Under the pieces are notes generated by a model. The model ran no database searches and was not told where the DNA came from. It saw only the letters and a program-made list of their open reading frames with translations. A program made the translations under genes and the position numbers. From contig CM060732.1 in assembly GCA_030704615.1 (NCBI GenBank), positions 72,478,001 through 72,542,000 on the forward strand: DNA of 64,000 nucleotides, given 5' to 3'. Shown here piece after piece: positions 41,116 through 53,499 of this stretch; position 1 is the stretch's first letter, and the number at the start of each line of letters is the position of its first letter. The DNA comes from Takakia lepidozioides. Taxonomy: Eukaryota > Plantae > Bryophyta.

Positions 41116-41410
41116 TGGAGAGTAACAAGGAACTGAAGGTAGTGTAACTCCAATTGGGGTAACGTTACAAGGGAGGGAGTGTAAACTCCACTCGGGGTTA
41201 CACGGCGGGGAGTGTAACTCCACTTGGGGGTTACTCCGGGTTGCATGGAAGGGAGTGTAACTTTATCGGTGCAACTCAGGCTTGGTCTCAAAATCTGACT
41301 AAGTCCAAATTTGGCCAAGTAGAAAAAGGACTAGTAAGAGGAGTTACACAAGACACAGGGTGACACTAGCTGGAGTTACACAAGCCCGGGTTACACTCGT
41401 CGGGGTTACA
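41116..41410. repeat. Array of GTAAC/GTTAC motifs and mini-hairpins (likely TE subterminal remnant)
   Basis: Repeated GAGTGTAACTCC and GGGGTTACA(C), for example the hairpin GTAACTCCA-CT-TGGGGGTTAC. Confidence 0.6.
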
Positions 41411-42330
41411 TGAGCCACCCATCAAGAATCAAAACCGGCACCACCCAACCTATGGCAGCCATCACCTTAGGGCGTAGACACACAATTAATGATACTGGCT
41501 CTAAATCCTTGGCCTCCAAATGCCCGGTCTTTGAGGCCCTGGGGGCAGCCACCCTATGGCATCTGTGGAGGGCTAGATGTAGCTGGTCACTAGAAAGGTC
41601 GAACACTATTGCTACTGTCATTGTCACTAGAATTTTCTTTGACCTCACCATTGCAGCTAAACTGGCTTGGAATAAGGTGAGTGCAGAAATCGCCAGGCCC
41701 TGAACGTCACCACAGCCTCCTCGACCGCTTCAGATCTACATGGGGCAGAAGGGGACTCATTTGCAGATGCTGGGGGCAGACTCCTGCGAGTGGGCAAAGC
41801 AGATCCCTTCTCGATGGCAGCACCAGCGGACCCTCCTCTTCCGCTTCCCCAGAATTTGACAAGTTTGACATCAATTGGAAACACATTAAGACTTGCACGA
41901 AGACTAGGCTATATTACCTCAGATAGACTTGCGTCTCTCCACCGACCTCCATCTCACTCAGTTCTTAAGCTCTTGGTGTCTTGCTCCAGCATGATTATGT
42001 CGGAGATGTTTATATCTCCATGTTCTTAGACTATTGTCCACATTTATTGGTCTAGTCTAGTTTCTCTTAACCATGACTCACATCTTGGTTAGGATTACTC
42101 TTCCGGGACTTGTTCCACAGATATTGATTTCTAGGATCAGGCTCTCTACTTAGCTTTGCTAATCATAACTGTTCACCGGGGTATCCGTCGCCGTGTGTTT
42201 GGGCCTAATGGAGGCCTTGTGCCAAGGGGGGTTTTAATTTTTTTCCCCATAATAATTCAAATAAAATTTAATGCAGGGCTCTATCCCTGGCAACCTTTTT
42301 AAAAAAATTGCCAAAAATAAAAACACTGTT
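41410..42330 (+). mobile_element. 5'-truncated L1-type LINE (ORF2 C-terminus and 3' UTR)
   Basis: SKCPVFEALGAATLWHLWRARCSW matches SSCPVWAALRALTLWNLWKARCAW in the larger LINE at about 54.1 kb. Ends in A-rich sequence. Confidence 0.75.
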
Positions 42331-43702
42331 GAGGCAAACATTTGGTGTACACAAGAAAACAGTACTTGAATGAACATCAAGATTTTATTGCAAAGAGACA
42401 TTACAATTGCATATATCAATCTTTTGAGCATAAATGAATCCACTAATCGGAGGTGTTTGAATTGTCCAATAACTATGAATCTGCTACTATAATATTAGTC
42501 ATCAGCTGTAGGCTTCTTCTGCAAGGACTTGAGAATCTCGGACGTCGTGTTTGCATTAGGAACAAACAATTGAATAGTACAATTGCTCAAGTTCCCATGA
42601 AAAACATTATTGACATTCCCGACTTGTTTGAAATGTGCAAAATCTCCACCGTCTGCCTCTTTGTAGTAGAAGAAATTAATTGTTCAACTTCGTCCAAAAC
42701 AGCTGACTGAAACCAGCACTCGTCGTCACGCCATGTAGCTAATGAAACAATCTTCAATGGACAAGAATTGTCAAGTACAATAGTTGTTGATGAAGAAGAC
42801 ACATCGCAAGCACTGTAGAGGTCGATGCAGAAGGCACATTCGCAGGCACAATAGCTCCAGACGCATGCACAATCTGATTGTCACTCTGATTGGCTTCAAT
42901 ATGTTTGAATCCCTAAGATTCTTGACAGCATCTCTCATAGGCTAACACGGCCTGCCAAGACTATTGAGCCGAGTTATTGTAGTCACGCGAACGCTTTTAT
43001 TTGTGATAGATCGAACGTTGCAGCCAAGAATATCCAACACCATCTGCTTGAGCCACTTTGAGATACTCTTGACTCACACCTGACATTTCGAGTACCACTG
43101 CCATAAATCAACATCTCAACATAAATCATGTGCAATATATCATATAAGTAGCCGATTTGGTTATATATAATTAGCACAAGAAGCTGATTCGTAGTACATA
43201 GTCAGCATAAATGAGTCAATTCAGTAGTATATAGACAACTGATTTGTAGTATATCACAAAGAAAGAAACCAAGTCGTAGGAAATACATACAACTCTTGGG
43301 TCACGTAGGATCCCATCTATCGCGCAAAGAAACAAAGGATGTGAGTTTGTCACGTCATTGTTCCACTTTGGAATGTGCGAATAAATAGGTCTCAAATGTG
43401 AGCACCACATCCCGATGATAGCATGTGCTAGGACGTGGTCGCAACTTCTCCGACTGACAATATTTTAAATCCACCCTAAGATTTTTGGAGTCTCTCTCAT
43501 TAATGTACAAATTTGTCGAGCATATCCTCAGAGATCTCAAAGTCACAAGAACAGATAATACACAAAATTATGCGTAATGTAAAACGCCAAACGCAATTGG
43601 CACCATCGGCGGTCACTTTCAGATATGAAGGGCTCCCGAAGGGCTAAGCAAGTATGGTCGGATCGTGCTTTGGCATAAGTCCAGAAGCTACTCTTCTCTT
43701 AC

Positions 43703-44191
43703 CACTACAAGAAAAGGGGGGGGTTTCGACGCCGCAGCCACGCCGCGGCGTCGTAAAACAGCCCTTTTCGGGCGGGAAAAAAAACCAAATTTGCGACGTC
43801 CGGGTGTCGCAAGCCCGTCGCCAAAAAAACGTCGCAAATTTGCGACCAATGGGGGTCGCAAATATGCGAAACCGCGATTTGCGACGCCCGGGCGTTGAAA
43901 AAAAAAAAAAAAAAAAACCTATTCTGCAATGTAGAATTAGCACCGTCCGGGGGTCGCAAAGTGCGACGTCCGGACGTCACAATTTAAGGGGGTACATTTG
44001 AATTTAGGCAAAAAAATTTGAATTTCAAAAATTTGTTGACCATTGACTCCGGTTCTGTCTAATGGCAATATGTTCATTGTTCTACATATATCATGCAACG
44101 CATACTTGAACCTAAGACCTTCACGTTATAGCATTTCTAAGACATTATAAACTAACCAACACACATACGCTACATCTATGTATCACAAAAG

Positions 44192-44259
<68 letters not shown>

Positions 44260-44905
44260 AGAGTTCCTTCAAGTTTCTCTCTTGTGACGTCGGGGAGTTG
44301 CACCTCCACAGCCTTAGTGCCCAGCCCCAGCCCCAGCCCCAGCTCCAGCATCGTCGCCGTTGTTGTACCCCGCCACCGTCAGGCGCCCCAAGCGACGTCC
44401 TTGTGTGGACCTAAGCTGACCACAACACCATTGCGACCCCTGTGGCGACGCCGTTGCGACCCCCTGACGTCGCAACGTTGGGCGTCCCAGCGCGGGCCCC
44501 CAGCGACGCTTTTGTGAAGTTGAGGGCGGCAAAGCTAAAAAAAAAAAAAAACTCCCACTGTGGTGATGCTGTTGCGACGCCCTGGCGTCGCAGAGGCGCT
44601 GGGCGCCCTTAGTGACATTTTGCGACGCCGAGGCGTCGCAACGTCTAAAATATATATATATATATAATTTATTTATTTTGGATTTCCGACGCCGGGGCGT
44701 CGCAAGAAAAAAAATCCGTCGCAGCGAGGGCCCTCTTTCCCCCTTCATGTCACCTTACGACGGCTGGGCGTCGTAATGATGTCGCAGCGGGGGATTGCGA
44801 CGCCGGGACATCGCAAAAAAATGCCGCGGGCTCGGCATCGCGGGCTCAGCGCCATGCGGGGCGCGGCTGGCATCGCAAACCCCCCCCCCCCCATTTGCTA
44901 TAGTG
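43703..44905. mobile_element. Non-autonomous CACTA (En/Spm) transposon
   Basis: CACTACAAGAAAAGGGG...CCCCATTTGCTATAGTG termini, exact 3-bp TSD TAC (43700-43702 and 44906-44908), many subterminal TTGCGACG/CGTCGCAA repeats, and an internal (TA)n at about 44194-44251. Confidence 0.92.
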
Positions 44906-46565
44906 TACGTCCAATTCCAGCTTTCCCAAAGCATTGAGCGGATAACGTATAAGACACACAAGTCTTCTTGAAACGAACATCATGAAGTATAACAAACTCC
45001 TCGGTAGGAACTGAGGCTTCCACACGAGGGCAGCAAAGTCGTGAGCAGAACCTGTGAACAAATTTCTTTATGCGTAAGCAGATACCCCGAAGCGTGAGCA
45101 GATTTCTGATGCGGACCCCAAAACCGAGGGAACAAGTGGGCCTATTGTCGTGGATGCAAACTTCACGGCAACGATGCAATCTCCGCTCCATCGGACCAAA
45201 GATAGACAGGCTCAATGAGGACAATGTGGCACAAATGCACGATAAAACATTCACGGATGAATGTATTTGGGATGGACGTAAAAGGGAATGGATGAACGTT
45301 GGATGAGTGACGGATGAAAAGTTGTCCAGATGAAGGGACTATGGACAACTGTATGAACATGTCTCCTCAGGGATCAGCAAGCGCAGGAAACCAGGCATGA
45401 AGGTGTCGTCAACGACAGCTTAAATCGCATGCTCGGCATGATGAAGGATGCTATTGTGTGAACAGATCCCGCGAGCATAAAATTTCGTGAGCAGTAATCT
45501 ACTCACGCTTGAGGACCTGCCTACCTATAACCACGGACGTCCAGTCGACTTAGAAGACCTATTACTGTGCAGAGTGGCCAGTATCACAAGGTCGGATATG
45601 GATGCTGCTTGGATGAATGAGGGATGAATGTCGGATGAATGTCTGTATAACGAATGAGAGGTGGATGAATGACATAAATGAAAGAATAGATAGTTGTTTG
45701 TAGTGGTAGCTCCCAAAACCCCTGAGCTCCGAAATCCATGAAACCATGTTTGTCTTGCTTGAAAATCAATTATGTCGGGTGCAGTGTATACTGCAAACTT
45801 TGTCCACATTGCTTTGTTGATTGAGACGTCAGCTTCCTGCGTATGATAGAGTCCAGGAAGTCCACATTCACAGGGGTCAAATCTCCTGCATGGGACCATC
45901 TCTGCTCTTTCCTCACCCTGGTAATGCCCATGCATCTTTCAACTTTGATTCCCATTTCATGACATTGTGGGGCGTTAGATTTGGTGGATTAAGATGTCGT
46001 CAACGACATCCTAATCCAGCAGTTCTTTGTACTACCAGTTTCCTGAATGAACACCAACCACCCAATTTGATTCGCTTGCATTTGCTTTACATGTCATTTT
46101 CCCAGTTATACAAGGTTGATAGAGAGGCTCACATCCAATCATAAAGATACAGGTGAACTCGTGGTTTTTAAACAAACCCTTCAGAAGAATCGATTCATTC
46201 GGACAAAGAAAATCCACTGCTACATGACGCATTGTTCAGAACGAAGGCAGAACTGTCCACAAAGATGTTAGCCCTGCTCTGCTGAAAACCATGTCTTTCA
46301 TGAAGCAGAGAAGGGGGAGATGCCAGCAGACTATACTCCATAGCCGCAGCCTCCGCCTAAGATGCCAAATGAAATTGTGCTGGAGGCCCTTGGGAAAAAA
46401 TCCAGGTTGGCAAATAACGGCAGAAATCGTGGTGTCATAGGACTCCTGCAACGACACAGTAATGAGTAAACTTCGTAAAATTTACTCTAGAAGCCAAACT
46501 TCAGCAACAAAAAAAAACACCGGATGCGTCATGGGGTCTATGAGTTGCCACAAAAGAACATGCAC

Positions 46566-48392
46566 TTACTCACATGAAAAATCCGAATCCACATCCAGGG
46601 CATCCGGCTCTTGCACATCCTGCTCCTCCACAATCTTCTCAGTCTGGGTCGAATGCGAGGATCCCTCAGAGAGTGGAGCGATGACCCGAGAGTAAAGCTC
46701 CTCGTCCCCCTCAAACCCAAAAAGATGTTTTCCTGCACACTTGTAGGCATGGAACGAAGCCTCTGCAGGATAGCGAATGAAAGCACGAAACCATGTCACA
46801 AACCAAAACAGGAGAGGAACATGTCCAACGAAGAATGGAGAAGAGTTTCGGCATGCACCTGTGCCCATGGAGAGGTCAACCACTCTGCCACCATGCCGGC
46901 TGCATGTCTCAATGAAGGTCTGCATGAACTCAGACAACTTCTCCCGGGCACCTCTCCATGGAATTCCTCTAGCTTTTTTTAGAGTCTGGGACGCATCCAC
47001 ATAGTTGTGAACAACATCAGATTCGACTGGGTTGCATTCTGGGTCTATGTGCAGACCTCCTCCCCAAACGTCGAAATGCCCAACATAATATGGAGTGTTG
47101 GCAGGCCGAATTCATGACAGGCAAATCGCCTTGAACACATGGGTCTACACCAGCAACAATGGAAATATGTCAACAACTATGGGTATTCCACGACAACACG
47201 AACGAAGACAATGAAAGTTACAGGAAATACCTTATGCCCTTGAAACTCCCCCTTCGACAGAGGCAGTATATTAACACACGTCCATATTTTGTTGATTTGG
47301 AACCCAGAGGACTTCATGTAGCTATGAAGAATCCGGCGGGATGCCATGTCGTCAGATTGAAATATCAGAAGGCCCCCGGCGTCAGAGAGGAACTTGTTGC
47401 TGAAAGAGAATGCCCATTGCCAATACAAAGGGTTTTGAGCATTCCACTGTGGAGTCACAGCAGGGGGAATGATATCAAGTACAGGCTGCCCATCCGGGAT
47501 GTCAAGGATTACAAGGTCAGCGGCGTTAGAACAGCTTGCGGGTAGATGAGGCAGAGCGACAACAGGAAGGGGATCACTTCTTGAGGAGGACGATTTGTTC
47601 AGGGGAGGAGGAGACGTAACGGAGAGCGGAAACAGTGAAGAGGAGACGATGACTTGATTGAGGCTTAATTCATGCAAGCTGTAACATTATACAGTAGGGT
47701 AGATTAGAGACACCATGCTGCTGGACACCATTCACCCAGCATGGATTCTTCATCACCTGGAGACACAAAGTCGGGCTTCGTAAGGGCGTTTCCCTGCCCT
47801 GTGATTAGTCTTTTCATCAGCTGGGAGGAAAATCTGCTAGACCTCTGTACGCACAATATTGTGATCATCTGCCTGTGGGCAATCAAGAACTGCCCCACCA
47901 GTCCCTGTAGGCCCTGAACCAGCATCAACGCCAGCCGCAGCACTGGCAGACCCACCTGCCTCCCCAGTCTGTTTCCTTTTGTTTTTCTTCTTCCCACCCG
48001 CGGGGGTGGCCGTCTTTGCTAGCTCCTTCTTACTCAGCTGCGCAAGGAACCTAGCCTGCAACTCCTCATCTGTCTCGGGTGCCAAGGCATCTGCATTCTC
48101 ATTCCGATTCCTCAAGACGTTCTCCTTCCACGGAGTGGACTGCCGCGGGCAGTCGACGTACCACCCACAGTCGCGGTAATGAGCCCGACCCCAGTCCTTC
48201 ACAATTCCCGTAGTGAACATTGTGGTGTCGTCGTCTAGGTTCGTCCATCCACGAATGAAGTCCGGATCATCACTAAGAGCCTTATCTGGAATAAGAACGA
48301 AGTGAAAGTACCTGCATCCACACAAGTGAACCTCCTCAGAGCATATATCCCCAGAGACCGCAAGAACTTACCTGTTCACTGCAAATTTTCAG
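46566..48392 (-). pseudogene. Spliced, decayed gene with a beta-class N4C/N6A DNA methyltransferase-like domain, probably TE-borne
   Basis: Motif-IV-like ADLVILDIPDG (DIPDG at 47503-47489) precedes PWRGAREKLSEFMQTFIETCSRHGGRVVDLSMGT|EASFHAYKCAGKHLFGFEGDEELY (motif X-I-II-like). GT-AG introns at 48371-48312, 47230-47145 and 46858-46763. In-frame stops TAG (47839-47837) and TGA (47114-47112). Confidence 0.7.
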
Positions 48393-48574
48393 GCTGTACA
48401 TTAAGATGTCGTTGACGATATCTTAAACTCCAGGATGTTGAACAAAAAATGAAGAGCTACAGAAGAACACAAAGTAGACATGCTCAACTCAACCGTTTCC
48501 CAAAGCCCAAAGTGCAACCATTTAAGATGTCGTCAACGCCATCTTAAATTGACCCCTGCGCACATGGTATTTTT

Positions 48575-50510
48575 TTGTCGTCTGACGTGGAGGCTTTGGA
48601 GAGCTATGAGCAAATGATGGGGGAAGCACATCATGTTTGTGTGCATTTGCAATGCTTGTGCAAGCCTGGTAGCCGGCTTGGAGAAGGGCAAGAGGTGCAT
48701 GGGGATATCATCAAAGCTGGAATTGTGCCAAATGTCAATCTGAACACTGCCCTTGCAGCTTTGGAAATGGGGAAAGATGTCCATGGCGACATCTTCAGAG
48801 TTGGAATTGTACCACATGTCAATTCTGAACAATACCCTGGTGAACATGTTTGCAAAATGTGGGTGCATCTAGGATGCAAAGGGAGTGTTCGACACTATGG
48901 CTGAACGACATGTGGTGTCGTGGAGTGCGATATGATGTGCTTGCAGGGTATGCACAGCAAGGAGGTGGAATGGAGGCTTTGGAGACCTATGAGCAACGGA
49001 AGCACATCATGTTTGTGTGCATTTGCAATGCTTCTGCAAGCCTAGCAGCGGGCCTGGAGAAGGCAAAGAGGTGCATGGGGATATCATCAAAGCTGGAATT
49101 GTACCAAATGTCGATCAGAACATTGCCCTGGCAGCTTTGGAAAAAGGGAAAGAGGTCCACATGGTGACATCTTCAGAGCTGGAATTGTACCAAAGTGAAT
49201 GTCTGTCAGATTACCAGATGCAAAGAGGTGCATGGTTGCATCGCCAAAGGCAGCAGCTGCAGCGGCACAGTTGATCAAGTCAGGCACCTCAACCATGACC
49301 ACAACTTCTGAAAGAGGATCAAGAGAGGAAGTCCACAATGCCTCTTCTAGCACTTATGGGCATGTGAAGATGCTTTGTGAGGCAGGCAAACTGAAAGAGG
49401 CTCTACTGACTTTAAACCAAGGAGGCATTTCAGCGATTCAGATACGTATATCTGTCTCTTGCATAAGTGCATCAAGATGAAAGGCCAAGTGAAGCTAGAA
49501 AGCAGGTGCACACTCACATTATCCAAAGTGCACGCCAAATATTTTTCTAGTCAACACCCTTGTCAACATGTATGTTATGTGCGGGAGCATCATGGATGCT
49601 CACCAAGTGTTCAACAGAATGCCTCAACGATCTTTCATCACGTGGAACACGATGCTTGCAAGGTGTGCACAACAGGGGCATGGTATGGAGGCCTTGGAGA
49701 ATGTGGTGAGGGCACCTTCTTCTTCGACCTATTTCAGCCTGTTTTGCCCTCTCATCAGACTCGGCCTTGAGATGCATATTGAATTCTGTAAGTTAGCTCG
49801 TTGGGAGGATCTGTGGTGGTTTGAAATGACTATGACAAGTAACTGCCGATGTGGCAGCAGGAAAGTATCCAAAACAAATAACAGAGATGAAGAGAAGGTG
49901 TGGAATGAATACTTTGTTGACCCCAGTGAATGGTGGAACAACCGAGGCAAAAAGTTGAATGCCTATTAGATGATAGAGAGTAGCAGACGCAATTCAGCAT
50001 AGGAACTAGTGTGATTGGGTGTTTCCTAGGTTGTCATTGTCAGCTGCTAGCAGCAAGGGCAAAGATGAATGCATGATTTGTGCAGAGGCATGGATAGCTG
50101 AAGGAGAAAGGATAGAGTGTGGGTCCAGATTCATCCAAGAGGGCCGGACTTCAAGCTCCAGATTACCTGTGATTCCATGTGGATCAATAGCTACAAGAAA
50201 CCTAAATGGGTAGATGGTCAACTAAAGGCAATAGCTGCAGCGGCACAGTTGATAAAATCAGGCACGTCCTCAACCATGACTGCAACTTCTGAAAGAGGAT
50301 CAAGAGAGGGAGTCCACAATGCCTTTTCCGCGGGGCATGTGAAGATGCTTTGTGAGGCAAGCATACTGACAAAGGCTCTAGGTCTGGAAGCTGGAATCAG
50401 GTGCACACTCACATTATCCAAGTGGATTCATGCCAAATGTTTTTTCTACTCAACACCCTTGTCAACATGTATGTTAAGTGCGGGAGCATCATGGATGCTC
50501 GCCAAGATTT
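48575..50510 (+). pseudogene. Fragmented, internally duplicated PLS-class PPR gene with a PDF (OSB-type) motif
   Basis: PPR pieces (GQEVHGDIIKAGIVPNV twice; MYVMCGSIMDAHQVFNRMPQRSFITWNTMLARCAQQGHGMEALE) with frameshifts. The segment AAAAAQLIKSGTS...HVKMLCEA occurs twice (about 49250 and 50230). PDF motif WNEYFVDPSEWWNNRGKK / HPRGPDFK...WI...PKWV. Confidence 0.85.
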
Positions 50511-51050
50511 CTATGAAACCGCATGACGAAGGTGGCTTACAACATCCCGACTGTACAAACCACAACATGCTCCTTCAGGTGCGTGATTCGTAGCTTTTGG
50601 TAGTTACAATGAACTAAACCATTAACAACACCAACACATGTGAGTACAACAAAGTGCCATTCTCGACTACCCTAGAGGCAGTGGTCGGGATGCTTCCTAG
50701 AGAAGGTGGGCGTTCACCTTACTCTAGAGAAGATAGTCCAAAAGACTAAAGAGACTGACTCCAAGCAAGAGCCACATACAAGCCACAAACAGCTTCACGT
50801 GCTTCAGAAAAGTCGTCTACCATCCGAGGATGCTATTTAAACTATCATAGCTCATTAGATGTTCCCATCCAAGCGCAGCTCCACGAAATCCTCACAGGTA
50901 CCCACCACCACCACTCCATGTGGCGGTGACCAGGGAGAGCGTGGAGAAAAAATTGCTTAAAACTCTTCTCGTACCTCTGACTGGCTAAGGCGTTAGGACA
51001 AATAACACACCATCATAAACGAGGGCAGGCAACCAAGAAGTAAGAAAACT

Positions 51051-51488
51051 TGTATAGGTGTGAGATGCGCTGCATTGAAGGAACTAGCAGTGGGGTACTC
51101 CGCATCCAGCTTGCTGCAAACTTTACTGTCGCTGATGCAACTCCTGATATTTTGCCAGGTCTCACCTTTGTCCACGCGCTTTTGCAAATAGTGACTGTAA
51201 TCGCCAAGCCTATATTCTTTGTAGCCCCTTCCACCCACCGCCTGCCCAGCGCCTGCGTTCGTGACTACAAACGCGAAAATGGTGAAGGCAAGAAGTAGGA
51301 GGATGAGCCAAAACTTGAGGAAGAGGCCCACCCTGCATGCAGGATATCTCCAAGCACTCCCCCACAACGTCTGCCGTGGATACCACAGCGATGCAGATGC
51401 CTATGATGAAGATAGGCCTGATAGGCCAATCCCAAAAGCTCGTACATGAGAGCCACTCCTCCGAGCCACTCTCGTTGTGTTGGCCCAA
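51051..51488 (-). pseudogene. Tetraspanin exon-1 fragment
   Basis: LLLLAFTIFAFVVTNAGAGQAVGGRGYKEYRLGDYSHYLQKRV...WQNIRSC...CSKL...HLTPIQ. The upstream TM2-like PIFIIGICIAVVS is in another frame. No start/TM1 and no SGCC exon found nearby. Confidence 0.8.
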
Positions 51489-53499
51489 GGGCGCTGCACC
51501 ATCAGAACGTGTGGAGGGCAGGTTTTCTATGCACGCCTGTTTATGCCGGGCAGTTGTTTCCAGCGCAACCTTTGGTGCAAACTGTAGACACTGGAAGTAT
51601 GTAAATAAGATAAATCCCTCTTATAAATGTTTCTCCTGTTACATACATGCTGCCACTGGCTTCTGTTGTGGGGAAAATTGGCTCAGATCAGAGTGGCTTC
51701 CTCTTGCTGTCTACAAATTCTTCATCACCATTCGAACATGCATTTGCTACTTGTGGTGTGTGCATGTGGATTACGCCAATCAGTTTGCAGGTCTTTTAGC
51801 AGGAAAAAGTGACCAAACATGAAATAAGCGAGGTTTCACCGGCTAGTTTAGATACCCAAGTCCAGAGCAGTCTGCATTCTCGATGTCATTTTTCACCAGA
51901 TGTCCCATGTTCTCTTGGAAACAAAACAAAGTGGCAGATGATGTTTAATCACGTCACATAAACTCAGAAAACATTGAATTCATCATCAAGTTGAAGGATA
52001 CTGCACACCTCAATGTCTTCACAACTAGCATCCATTGGCCTAACACTTGTTACAATGTCTGGACTAAGCCCCACGATCGTCTGCAGCTCATATGCTGGGA
52101 GGCCGACAACTCAACAAGCGACATGCGACACTGCTCTAGCAACCCATCACCCAAACATAAGACCTTCGTTGCCATAGTCACAAGTTTCCAGAGAACTTGC
52201 TTCGGGACAGAAAGCGAGATCAGAAGAAATTCACACAGTTGGTGCCACTTTGCAGTCTCTAAACTTCCAGCCTAGCAACACAGCTTGCCAAACACCTTGA
52301 CAACCAGAAAAAGTCATTCCACATTAAGAATGAGTAGCAACTCCCTGAGATGCACATGGATAGACATGGCTACTCCCATACCGCACAAAGCCAGAAGAGA
52401 AATCACCTCAGGAATCAAGTGGACAGTTTTTCCTGTGCTGATTTAAAATGCACAAATTTTGGTGATGGCCGTGACAGCATACCCCTGCCAACTCTCCAAA
52501 AAGCAGATCCCAAGTTGATGGCATAACTCCATTTTGTACTGACTAAACCCTAAAAGGACATCTTTAACAGCAATCCACCACCAAGACAGTTTCTATACGA
52601 AGAAACCTCTTCAAACATGTGATCTGCTGAAACAACAGCAGAAGTGGAACTACCAATGTAGTATCTGAGGAATGTAGAGTATTTGTGTACTACAGGACCT
52701 GCAATAGTCTTGGGTCACATCCATTCATGGCTGCTGTTTAAGGTTAAGAATGCCACCCCCTGTTGTAAAAATGATCATTTCTTAACAGAACCCAGTAGCC
52801 GAAAAAGGGGAAGATGGCATTGTAATTTATTACCCACCAGCTGACTAACTAATTGACCCAGCAGATAGCCAGCAGATAGGCAAACCGGCACAAATGACAT
52901 TAGACGGTTGAAGATAGGTAAATATTGTGCACTATCTCTGTTCATGAGTACATATGTCATCAGTAAACCACGATATCGCTGTCATGATCGCCATTTTTTT
53001 CTGATTATACATCATACCAGTTGCTTCAATCGTCTCTTTCCTTTCTGTGTTCCATTTTTGTAGGAGGCAATCCAGGTGAGTGGGAGAATGTCATTGGTCG
53101 AGGGAAAACCGACCACTAAGTTAACACCCAGGAGGAAGCATGTGCTAAAGGAAGCTGATGTGTCTAATGACGTGCAAGGTTTTGGAAGCAGCAAGACGCA
53201 AGACTCCTGGCTAGAAGTGTCGCGCACCTATGAAGATCTTCCTCTTTCTGGTAGATTATTCTAAGGCTACTCACCAACCCATTGCATTCTAATCTAATGT
53301 ATTTAACAGTGTATCTGGGGTAAGAGGGAGTGGAAAGGATTTGACAGCCCCTCCTCCATTAAGTGCTTACATTGTTCCTATTGTTTTTATTTATGTATTT
53401 ACGGAACAGGGATTTGTTTTCCAAACATAAAACCCAAATTTAGCATTTACTAATTTTAATTTTAATTTTCTCTCCAAAAGAGGTCCCCTATTCTCTAAT

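Noticed and set aside
41056-41318. N-terminal extension of QNS1 (poly-ER ORFs)
   Set aside because: Translation of the GA microsatellite and repeat array. Homology starts at MRVVKVATC.
42885-42982. miR171-like ATTGAGCCG with an upstream partly complementary arm
   Set aside because: Only about 9 nt match the mature miRNA, and the stem is too short for a precursor.
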